Shown here piece after piece: positions 1 to 6,666 of a stretch of 11,688 nucleotides of DNA. The translations under genes and the position numbers were made by a program. Each line of letters starts with the position of its first letter. Positions within the stretch are counted from its first letter, which is position 1. Source of the DNA: a virus (lineage: Duplodnaviria > Heunggongvirae > Uroviricota > Caudoviricetes); IMG/VR virus record IMGVR_UViG_2571042053_000015. One strand, 5' to 3'. The notes under the pieces are model-generated. The model was not told where the DNA came from. It saw only the letters and a list, made by a program, of their open reading frames with translations, and searched no databases.

Positions 1-1260
1 ATGGCAAAGCTGACAGATATCCAAATCAAGTCATGGATTAAGGCAGGAGAGCGCTTCGAGGGGCGCTCTGACGGCAACGGGCTATACCTTCGCTATCGAG
101 CGGGGGATAAAGTGCCTGTATGGCGTTTTCGATATCAGTTCGCTGGGAAATCACGGGTAATGCTTATTGGATCTTATAGCGAAATATCCCTTTCCAAAGC
201 ACGGGAAATAGCCAAGGAATTATCCGCACGTGTAGCCCTAGGCTTCGATGTCGCCGGGGAAAAGAAAGCGCGAAAAGCGGCTGCTATAGAAAAGATGGAG
301 CGGGAGAAAAACGCGCTTCGCGTGTCAGAGCTAGCAACCGAGTATTTCGAACGGCAGATTTTGGGACGCTGGAAACATCCCGATCTTCTGCGCCGGAGAA
401 TCGATAAGGATATCAACCCACATATTGGCAACATGAAGATAGAGGACGTAAAACCCCGTCATATTGATGCGATGCTACAGAGCGTTGTTGATCGTGGCGC
501 TCCAACCGTAGCTAATGACGTTCTGCGCTGGACTAAACGCATATTCGATTATGCTATCAAGCGTCATGCACTGGAATTAAACCCAGCTGGAGCATTTGAT
601 CTGTCAGACGCTGGCGGGCAGGAAAGTAGCCGTATGCGCTGGCTGACCCGTGAAGAACTTATACGTTTTTTCCAAGCTATGCGCACTGCAAAAGGATTCA
701 GCCGCGAGAACGAGCTGACCATGAAGCTAATCCTCTGCCTGTGTTGTCGCAAAATGGAGCTGTGCGGTGCTCAGTGGGATGAATTCGACCTTGATGAAGC
801 AGTGTGGCATCTACCAGCAGAACGCGTTAAAAACGGCGACGCTATTGATATACCACTACCTCCACCTGCGGTTGGTTGGTTGAGAGAGCTTCGCACTATC
901 GCGGGCAGTGGGAGTAAATGGGTTCTCCCCGCGCGGAAGATGCAACACCGCATGATTCCCCACATTCAGGAAAGCACACTCCCCGTGGCGCTGGCAAAAG
1001 TACGCCGCGAAATGCCAGAAGTACCAAACTTCACAATTCACGATTTCAGACGTACCGCCCGCACCCATTTAGCGGCGTTGGGTGTCGATCCCGTAGTCGC
1101 AGAACGTTGCCTGAATCACCGCATTAAAGGCGTTGAGGGTATCTACAACCGCCACCAGTACTTTGAAGAACGACGGGCAGCCCTGGAACTGTGGGCGGGG
1201 CTTCTGGTTTCGCTTGAACGAGGGGAAAACTACAATGTTATTCCTTTATCTAAAATATAA
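1..1260 (+). CDS. int: Phage integrase, tyrosine recombinase, P4 / IntA-like
   Basis: Complete 419-aa ORF (ATG at 1, TAA at 1258-1260). N-terminal arm-binding-like region (GNGLYLRYRAGDKVPVWRFRYQFAGKSRVMLIGSY). C-terminal catalytic signatures of tyrosine recombinases (HDFRRTARTHL H-x-x-R box; GIYNRHQY nucleophile Tyr region). Family assignment is by recall of motifs, not database search. Confidence 0.9.
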   Translation: MAKLTDIQIKSWIKAGERFEGRSDGNGLYLRYRAGDKVPVWRFRYQFAGKSRVMLIGSYSEISLSKAREIAKELSARVALGFDVAGEKKARKAAAIEKMEREKNALRVSELATEYFERQILGRWKHPDLLRRRIDKDINPHIGNMKIEDVKPRHIDAMLQSVVDRGAPTVANDVLRWTKRIFDYAIKRHALELNPAGAFDLSDAGGQESSRMRWLTREELIRFFQAMRTAKGFSRENELTMKLILCLCCRKMELCGAQWDEFDLDEAVWHLPAERVKNGDAIDIPLPPPAVGWLRELRTIAGSGSKWVLPARKMQHRMIPHIQESTLPVALAKVRREMPEVPNFTIHDFRRTARTHLAALGVDPVVAERCLNHRIKGVEGIYNRHQYFEERRAALELWAGLLVSLERGENYNVIPLSKI

Positions 1261-1275
1261 AAGTTTTGTTTGAAG

Positions 1276-1379
1276 GTATTCACCCTATTCACCTTTTTAA
1301 TTAACTTCATGATTTTAAATAATAAAAAAGGGTGAATACTTACAGTAAAACTAATCACCTTAGTATTCACCTGTTCACC
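1276..1379. repeat. Cluster of about six (T)ATTCACC motifs in direct and inverted orientation in the AT-rich spacer after int
   Basis: GGTATTCACCC at 1276-1286, TATTCACC at 1286-1293, inverted GGGTGAATACT at 1330-1340, AATCACC at 1354-1360, AGTATTCACC at 1362-1371, TGTTCACC at 1373-1379. Looks like iterated protein-binding sites; function unknown. Confidence 0.5.
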
Positions 1380-1452
1380 TTCTAAAGCTGCTGTGGCTGC
1401 TCCCCTTGCCCGAAAACACGCCAGCCACCAGCGTTAAAAAATACAAAAATCA

Positions 1453-1476
1453 TCATCGTCCAGATCTGGACGATGA
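1453..1476. repeat. Perfect 24-bp palindrome TCATCGTCCAGATCTGGACGATGA
   Basis: Verified base by base: 12-bp arms, centred on AGATCT, no spacer. Lies in a noncoding stretch between int and the first cargo operon; candidate operator or cruciform. Confidence 0.6.
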
Positions 1477-1573
1477 CGCCAGCACTCACTCTACAAAACA
1501 ACCTAACTTATTGATTTCAAAAGTAGAGAAAATCTGCTTTATGCCACTAGCTCGCACCCGTCCCCAAAAAGAA

Positions 1574-1603
1574 AAAGCCCGCGCTGGAGACGCACGGGCT
1601 TTT
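1574..1603 (+). terminator. Candidate rho-independent terminator-like hairpin flanked by an A-run and a T-run (potentially bidirectional)
   Basis: AAAAAGCCCG-CGCTGGAGACGCA-CGGGCTTTT: GC-rich stem AGCCCG/CGGGCT with a 13-nt loop, followed by TTTT. Sits about 320 bp after the int stop codon. Confidence 0.4.
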
Positions 1604-1679
1604 GGGTACCGATAACCATGTTTGGAATCAACTCATTGAGTTCGGACCTCAATTTGCATGTTATCACAAGAAAAACACA

Positions 1680-1707
1680 TTGCAATAATTGCAACAACGA
1701 ATATTAT
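1680..1707 (+). promoter_or_regulatory. Candidate sigma70 promoter for the 1761-3341 operon, with a palindromic TTGCAA-TAA-TTGCAA element over the -35
   Basis: -35 TTGCAA (1680-1685), 16-bp spacer, -10 TATTAT (1702-1707); duplicated self-complementary TTGCAA hexamers at 1680-1694. The first ATG is at 1761 with a GAGG Shine-Dalgarno at 1750-1753. Confidence 0.3.
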
Positions 1708-1760
1708 CATTGCGTATTATGAAACATAAATATCCGATAGAACATACTGAGGTCTGACCG

Positions 1761-2312
1761 ATGAAAGATATTACAAACATCGCAGTGACTGGCGAAGATG
1801 GCGTGGTGACGTATGCCGACGGCAGTAAAGAGGAGTTCCAGTGCAGCGGAACCGTTGCGACCATCATTGCAAGTCTTGCAACGACACTCGAGAAAGAACG
1901 CAAAATGCGCATCGCCACCGGCGACCGCCTGCGCCGCATGTACACCCGCGACAGTGATATGATTTCCCGCGGTTTGAATGGCACGTCTGCTACTTCCACG
2001 GCACCGACAGCAATGAATGCTGAGTTCATGCGTCTGGTACGTGCCGTAGCGCCGAAATACGATTCAGCACTGCCCGACGCCGACCCGCGCATCGTTGCGC
2101 TCGATGTGCTGCGCTACGCCCCTGCTGAGGCGTTCAGCGCCGTACACCCTACCCCAATGTCAGAAATCCAGCTGGATCAGGCTATCGATATACTCGAGCA
2201 GGTTGGCGACTACATGAAAGCAAACAATATCGCTCCGAAAATAATTTCTACAGGAGACGCAATCCGCAGCATCAATGCTGACAACGCCACCTTCTGGGGC
2301 AAAAAACACTAA
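1761..2312 (+). CDS. Hypothetical protein (183 aa), first gene of cargo operon 1
   Basis: ORF with a GAGG Shine-Dalgarno 8 nt upstream of the ATG. No motif recognised from sequence. Co-directional and tightly spaced with three downstream genes. Confidence 0.7.
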   Translation: MKDITNIAVTGEDGVVTYADGSKEEFQCSGTVATIIASLATTLEKERKMRIATGDRLRRMYTRDSDMISRGLNGTSATSTAPTAMNAEFMRLVRAVAPKYDSALPDADPRIVALDVLRYAPAEAFSAVHPTPMSEIQLDQAIDILEQVGDYMKANNIAPKIISTGDAIRSINADNATFWGKKH

Positions 2313-2318
2313 AGAGAT

Positions 2319-2513
2319 ATGAGCATGCCTATCTATGACCCGAAATTAGCCGCAGGCAACCCACAGCGCGCCCACCGCCCGATGCTGACCCGTCAGGATC
2401 TTGAAGCGGCAAAGGCACGCAATAACTTCGATCGCCAGAGTCGCAACCTGCAGCAACTCAACGAATCAAATGCACGGTTCTGGAGTGAACAGAATGAGAA
2501 AGCCAAACGTTAA
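2319..2513 (+). CDS. Small hypothetical protein (64 aa)
   Basis: ATG at 2319, 7 nt after the upstream stop, preceded by AAAGAG. Hydrophilic, Q/R/N-rich. Overlaps the next ORF by 20 nt in a different frame. No recognisable domain. Confidence 0.45.
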   Translation: MSMPIYDPKLAAGNPQRAHRPMLTRQDLEAAKARNNFDRQSRNLQQLNESNARFWSEQNEKAKR

Positions 2514-2670
2514 GCCGGTCCTGCTGTCCGCCGAGCAGATGCAGGCCATACGCAACATTCAGGAACGTGAACGCCAGCGCTCCAATCTCGGCGTCGCTCC
2601 CACCGTTCACCAGATTGCCCGCGGCCTCATGGCTAAGGCTCTGGCCTCACTGGCAAGCGAGGGCGTGTAA
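2494..2670 (+). CDS. Small hypothetical protein (58 aa), internal start of the 2401-2670 ORF
   Basis: ATG at 2494 preceded by GGAG (2482-2485) at 8-nt spacing. Its TAA stop (2668-2670) overlaps the ATG of the next gene (TAATG), indicating translational coupling. The longer 2401 start lacks a Shine-Dalgarno. Confidence 0.5.
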   Translation: MRKPNVKPVLLSAEQMQAIRNIQERERQRSNLGVAPTVHQIARGLMAKALASLASEGV

Positions 2671-3341
2671 TGGGCGCCATTCACCAGATATATGAGCAGG
2701 AAATGTTCTATAACTGGATAGGCGATGGTAAACGATGTGTAGCATTCCACGAAGCGGGCCATGCAGTAGCCGCATGGCTTATTCGCTTAGATATGCAGGT
2801 TATCGCCATTATGGATGAATCCGGCTACGTTGCTGGCGAACATGTACATGAAGCCCAGTGTTTGGGCGTTGTTAAACACGGCATAATCCACAACCACGAT
2901 CTCAGGCGTTTGCGGGAGAGTAAATCTGGTGTAGTTGGGCACGATGGCAAAGTTATCCCTTTCATACGCTACTACGCGGAAGGTATAAAACGCGATGCAA
3001 CAAAGGCCGCTTTTGTAGCCCTCGCTGGACCAGTAAGCGAAGCCCTTTACGAAAATAACGAAATTTTCAATAAAAAGTATTCACTCCCTCACCGCTATGA
3101 CATGGCTAACGTAAATGACATGCTCGATTTAATATGTGCCACGGATAAGCAAATTAACAGGAAGTTAATGCTTTCTAAACTTGTTGAAAAGACCAAATTC
3201 CTCATGACTCAATACTGGCCGGAAGTAGGAAAAATAGCGCATTTGCTTGAGCGGGATAACATTGTTAATGGGCGCGATGTTAGCTCGCTAATCGGCCTCA
3301 ACGTCATTGACCGGGCAACGCCATTTTTGCTGGCGGAATAA
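2670..3341 (+). CDS. Stand-alone zinc-metallopeptidase-domain protein, FtsH-like (peptidase M41-type HEAGH motif)
   Basis: 223-aa ORF. Residues 24-36 VAFHEAGHAVAAW carry an HExxH zinc-binding motif in the FtsH-like context (FtsH has AYHEAGHAI). No AAA+ ATPase or transmembrane region precedes it. Start codon overlaps the upstream stop. Confidence 0.75.
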   Translation: MGAIHQIYEQEMFYNWIGDGKRCVAFHEAGHAVAAWLIRLDMQVIAIMDESGYVAGEHVHEAQCLGVVKHGIIHNHDLRRLRESKSGVVGHDGKVIPFIRYYAEGIKRDATKAAFVALAGPVSEALYENNEIFNKKYSLPHRYDMANVNDMLDLICATDKQINRKLMLSKLVEKTKFLMTQYWPEVGKIAHLLERDNIVNGRDVSSLIGLNVIDRATPFLLAE

Positions 3342-3417
3342 CCCCTGCCCGAGCTCATTCGACGATTTATTCCTCGGCGGGTAAGCTATACCGGTCTACC
3401 TAACTGCGAGCACAAGG

Positions 3418-4476
3418 ATGATGAATAATTTAATCAATCGCATTGCTTTAACCTTTCTAGCGTTAGTACTCACAGGCTGCACTGCGGGGAAAATCGATCC
3501 CGCAAAAGCGTTAACACAAATGCATATCGTCAAAAGTGATGACTATAAGAAGCGCCCCGGCTGGCCTGCGTTGGTTCGTCTGGGTACTGACGATTGTGAG
3601 ACATACAAAAGTGGCGGCGGTAGCCTCTTTAAGTGGGACGGGCTGACGTGCAACGACAAAAGCATTATCCTGGCGGTTAATAGCAAACCACAGACCATTC
3701 CAGTGTTCTACGCTGCTTACCATGAATACGGGAGCTATGGGGTCGGGGAACTATCCAATTTTGACAATAGCACCCGAACAGGTGAGGAAGCCTCGAAGAT
3801 TCTGGTTAACCTGACCACAGTATTGAACAATCCGGCAAAAGTTGACGCTATCTATGCTGACTATGAAAAGGATCGTTGGAGCATGGGACTTGGTACAGTC
3901 AACGAAAGCGATTTTAAAAAGAGCCTGGCTACTTTTGCTCAGGAACGGGATAAGCTTGCCTCTGAATACCATAAATTACGTGACGCAAACCAAAAGAGAT
4001 ACCTAGCTGAACGGGACGAACGAATCAAACGTGAGAAAGAAGAGGCCATGGCCTCTGAAAAAACGATTGATCTCGTGTTATGGCAGAATCCAACAGTTGA
4101 GCAACAGATGGTTGTTGACGCTCTGCACACTATTAAATTCACAATAAGAAACGATGGCGTGGCATACGCTAACGGTCGCCGATTTATGTCAATTGCCGGG
4201 ATGGAATATCTCAGGAATAGCCTAGCTCTGAGTATGGAGTCATGTTCAGACGCTGGGGCATATGTTGGTGATACGGCATTAAATCGCGCATGTATTCAGG
4301 GCTTGGCGAGGAACATTGTTGAGTGGGGGAAAACCGCCAACGACCGTTCTATTTCAGACAGAGCATGGAACGCAGCCGCAATGGATGGCAGCATTAACTA
4401 CAACCCAATCAAGTATGAAATCCTGTTTTCACATTGGGCAGGAATGGCCCGTGTCTACTCTGCTCGTAGATATTAA
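3418..4476 (+). CDS. Predicted lipoprotein (352 aa) with a central coiled-coil / charged segment; function unknown
   Basis: N-terminus MMNNLINRIALTFLALVLTGC has a hydrophobic signal peptide and lipobox L-T-G-C (Cys21). Charged, helix-prone segment ERDKLASEYHKLRDANQKRYLAERDERIKREKEEA. Gene is visibly AT-rich compared with int and primase. Followed by a terminator. Confidence 0.75.
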   Translation: MMNNLINRIALTFLALVLTGCTAGKIDPAKALTQMHIVKSDDYKKRPGWPALVRLGTDDCETYKSGGGSLFKWDGLTCNDKSIILAVNSKPQTIPVFYAAYHEYGSYGVGELSNFDNSTRTGEEASKILVNLTTVLNNPAKVDAIYADYEKDRWSMGLGTVNESDFKKSLATFAQERDKLASEYHKLRDANQKRYLAERDERIKREKEEAMASEKTIDLVLWQNPTVEQQMVVDALHTIKFTIRNDGVAYANGRRFMSIAGMEYLRNSLALSMESCSDAGAYVGDTALNRACIQGLARNIVEWGKTANDRSISDRAWNAAAMDGSINYNPIKYEILFSHWAGMARVYSARRY

Positions 4477-4526
4477 ACACTGCGCTTCGAACTGATAAAT
4501 TTAAGCTTAATCAGTACATTACTGTT

Positions 4527-4552
4527 AGCCCGCATTTTAGCGGGCTTTCTTT
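4527..4552 (+). terminator. Rho-independent terminator after the lipoprotein gene
   Basis: AGCCCGC-ATTTTA-GCGGGCT stem-loop (7-bp GC-rich stem, 6-nt loop) followed by TTCTTT, 50 nt after the stop at 4476. Confidence 0.6.
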
Positions 4553-4569
4553 AGTTGAGCTTTGTACAA

Positions 4570-4585
4570 GATGTAAATTTACATC
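4570..4585. repeat. Perfect 16-bp AT-rich palindrome GATGTAAATTTACATC between convergent operons
   Basis: Verified self-complementary. Located between the + strand terminator and the stop (4619) of the - strand operon. Confidence 0.5.
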
Positions 4586-4618
4586 CTGATTATCCAGTGC
4601 GCCGTAAAAGCTGGCAAT

Positions 4619-5731
4619 CTATTTAACTAAACGTAAATGTGACGGGCGTATCCCCGATTCCTGGGTACTCGATTTTCCACCATTGATAGCTTCCATAAAG
4701 AAGCTGTTACTGAAAGTAAGTGCACTCGCTTCGTCCGCTGGTAACCTCAACTGCTCGAGAATATCTCCCCTTTTAACGCCTTTGCTGCGTAGGGCTGAAA
4801 ACACTTTATCCAGCACTAATGACTTTTCACGTTCAGCAATCCCTTGAGGCTCACTCGTACGATATCCACGGCGAGCAAGTTCTATCGATAGCTGTCGATA
4901 ATGCCATTCGGTAGATAAACCGACATCAAACGTACGGCGCACCAAAGCCGCCAATGATACCCGCCAGTTCTTTTTTAACGAGATGAGTAGATCAAGCGAT
5001 GGCATTCTTGGCACTAAAGCTAAAATACTACGCTCAGGCATCAAAAAGGCCGATGCGAATCGATCTGCATCCTGCTCAGCTTGGCGGCCGTTGTTAGTTG
5101 AATGTTTATGGAGAACCAAGTGCCCCAGTTCATGAGCTGCATCGAATCGACTACGCTCCGGCGTTTTCATTGTATTCAAAAGCACAAAAGGTTTTTCATC
5201 CATCCAGAACGAAAAGGCGTCTACTTCAATACAATTTTCCGCGAGAGAGAACACACGGACCCCATTAGCTTCAAGAAGATGGACCATGTTAGAGATGGAT
5301 AATTCACCTATCCCCCAACTTTCTCTAACCACGCGAGCAGCTCGCTCAGGCTCAGAATAACCATCGAAACTACAATCAGGTACATTAGGTTTAGGAAGCT
5401 TAAACTGCCCGTCAATCCAAGCTGATAGCTCTTGCGCGAGCTTTCCGGCTCCGAGTGCTGAGTCCCTTTTCTGTGCCGTCAACTTTGTCATTGCACGGAA
5501 ACTAACGGCTTCTGGCGACAGAGTAGGTACATCCCTGTCGAGGAAGAACTCAATCGGATAGCCCAGAACAGCAGAAATCCGTTCCATGGTATCGCTGGCT
5601 ATGGCATCAAAAATCCCTGCTTTCTCGTAATTCGAAATCGTCTTACTAGTCAATTCTGTAGCTTCAGCTAAAGCTCTTTGTGTCAGGCCTCTCCGTTCTC
5701 TGGCTATACGTAAACGCTCTGAATTAAACAT
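4619..5731 (-). CDS. Fused XRE-family HTH / ImmA-IrrE (M78-like) zinc-metallopeptidase protein
   Basis: 370-aa ORF. N-terminal HTH (RLRIARERRGLTQRALAEATELTSKTISNYEKA, typical XRE / Cro-C1 helix-turn-helix). Central HExxH in the ImmA/IrrE context (RFDAAHELGHLVLHKH). Second gene of a two-gene - strand operon, 9 nt after the upstream stop. Confidence 0.85.
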   Translation of the reverse strand: MFNSERLRIARERRGLTQRALAEATELTSKTISNYEKAGIFDAIASDTMERISAVLGYPIEFFLDRDVPTLSPEAVSFRAMTKLTAQKRDSALGAGKLAQELSAWIDGQFKLPKPNVPDCSFDGYSEPERAARVVRESWGIGELSISNMVHLLEANGVRVFSLAENCIEVDAFSFWMDEKPFVLLNTMKTPERSRFDAAHELGHLVLHKHSTNNGRQAEQDADRFASAFLMPERSILALVPRMPSLDLLISLKKNWRVSLAALVRRTFDVGLSTEWHYRQLSIELARRGYRTSEPQGIAEREKSLVLDKVFSALRSKGVKRGDILEQLRLPADEASALTFSNSFFMEAINGGKSSTQESGIRPSHLRLVK

Positions 5732-5740
5732 GGTGCATAT

Positions 5741-6460
5741 TTAGCCTGTTTTTAAAATGTCGAGATCGATATCCGGTGTAAACTGCGGTACATCACCGTT
5801 CTGAACAATAGGGTCAGGTTGATGAGGAGCAATAATTAAACGTGTGGAGAAGGCATTAACTACATTCTTGTTATTGTATGAAATCGGGCGTGAAAGCTCA
5901 GCTCGGATCCCCACGCGCTCATCCCCGTCAATTTCATAAAAATCGTAAAGTAAAAACCATAAGTCCAGTCCGATTTTATTCGGTAGCAGTGGTATAACAT
6001 CACCTTCCGGCATGTCTAAATCCAGCTTAAGCTGGCTATCATCCAGGATAAGCTCACCCTGACCCGGGGTGTTATTATGGATTAACCCCATCAGCTCACA
6101 AGTAAAATCACCTTTCTTCATGCGAGACTCAGGAAATCCATGAACCAAACCTGTCTGATCACACCCCCGGCAGAGGTAAAGGGCAACTTTATCACTTACA
6201 GTCAGTTCAACATTTCGCAGGGACAGACGTTTGTAGCCTTTCGGAGCCAGAATGTCGCGGGCTGCACTCACCCCCTCACCATAGAAATATTGCCCACGTG
6301 AGGTCTTGGGGTGATTCTGAGTCGTCGAATAACGACCAGACAAGCCACGCTCAAGAATACGCCTGAGATCACTTTGGCTCAGATTCAGGGACTGCAGGTA
6401 GGATTCAACATCGTCAGGATCTGCCAAAACAATGGTTTTTGCGAGATTATGAGAGTACAT
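5741..6460 (-). CDS. Hypothetical protein (239 aa), first gene of the - strand two-gene operon; candidate effector / toxin partner
   Basis: ORF with a good Shine-Dalgarno (AAGAGG about 9 nt upstream of the ATG on the - strand). No motif recognised by eye. Immediately upstream of the HTH-peptidase gene. Confidence 0.7.
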   Translation of the reverse strand: MYSHNLAKTIVLADPDDVESYLQSLNLSQSDLRRILERGLSGRYSTTQNHPKTSRGQYFYGEGVSAARDILAPKGYKRLSLRNVELTVSDKVALYLCRGCDQTGLVHGFPESRMKKGDFTCELMGLIHNNTPGQGELILDDSQLKLDLDMPEGDVIPLLPNKIGLDLWFLLYDFYEIDGDERVGIRAELSRPISYNNKNVVNAFSTRLIIAPHQPDPIVQNGDVPQFTPDIDLDILKTG

Positions 6461-6489
6461 CGGAAAAGCCTCTTATATATTTTCTATTT

Positions 6490-6518
6490 TTTATACCTCA
6501 TTTGAGGTTTAAAAACAA
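6490..6518 (-). promoter_or_regulatory. Candidate promoter of the - strand operon with a palindromic operator (ACCTCA-TT-TGAGGT, 6495-6508) in the spacer
   Basis: Read on the - strand: -35 TTGTTT (+ strand 6513-6518), 17-bp spacer containing the 14-bp inverted repeat, -10 TATAAA (+ strand 6490-6495), about 29 nt before the ATG at 6460. Confidence 0.35.
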
Positions 6519-6666
6519 GAAAATCACTGTATAAAATCTCAGAGATAATCGACAGATTAGAGAGTATTATCCATATTGAGGCTATCCCGACGGGGAGAAA
6601 AGCGGCTACGCCTTGCCGCCTGCCTCCCCCATTATCTCAAGGCGGTGACGTGTAAGGCGAACGTGC

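Noticed and set aside
174-1127. Five short ORFs overlapping the integrase gene (174-434 -, 564-752 -, 771-965 -, 856-1068 -, 918-1127 +)
   Set aside because: They lie entirely inside the well-supported int coding region, have no Shine-Dalgarno sequences, and have low-complexity Arg/Ser-rich translations typical of off-frame reading of a real gene.
1406-1615. 69-aa ORF in the int-distal noncoding stretch
   Set aside because: No ribosome-binding site. It spans the 24-bp palindrome and the terminator-like hairpin, so the region is more plausibly regulatory or noncoding.
1664-2092. 142-aa ORF on the - strand
   Set aside because: Antisense to, and largely overlapping, the 1761-2312 gene, which has a good Shine-Dalgarno and operon context; it would also run through the predicted promoter.
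2401-2493. Longer N-terminal extension of the small ORF (start at 2401)
   Set aside because: No Shine-Dalgarno at 2401, whereas the internal ATG at 2494 has GGAG at proper spacing; the extension would also overlap most of the 2319-2513 ORF.
3511-4142. Three - strand ORFs (3511-3723, 3751-3972, 3939-4142)
   Set aside because: Antisense within the lipoprotein gene, no ribosome-binding sites, low-complexity translations.
5102-5302. 66-aa + strand ORF
   Set aside because: Antisense inside the HTH-peptidase gene; no supporting signals.
6311-6505. 64-aa + strand ORF spanning the start of the 239-aa gene and its promoter
   Set aside because: Overlaps the promoter/operator region and the 5' end of a better-supported gene on the opposite strand; no Shine-Dalgarno.
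6592-6629. Imperfect GC-rich nested stem (GGGGAG...GCGGC...GCCGC...CTCCCC) in the leader of the 275-aa gene
   Set aside because: Pairing is imperfect and there is no following U-run; it could be a leader structure but the evidence is too weak to call a feature.
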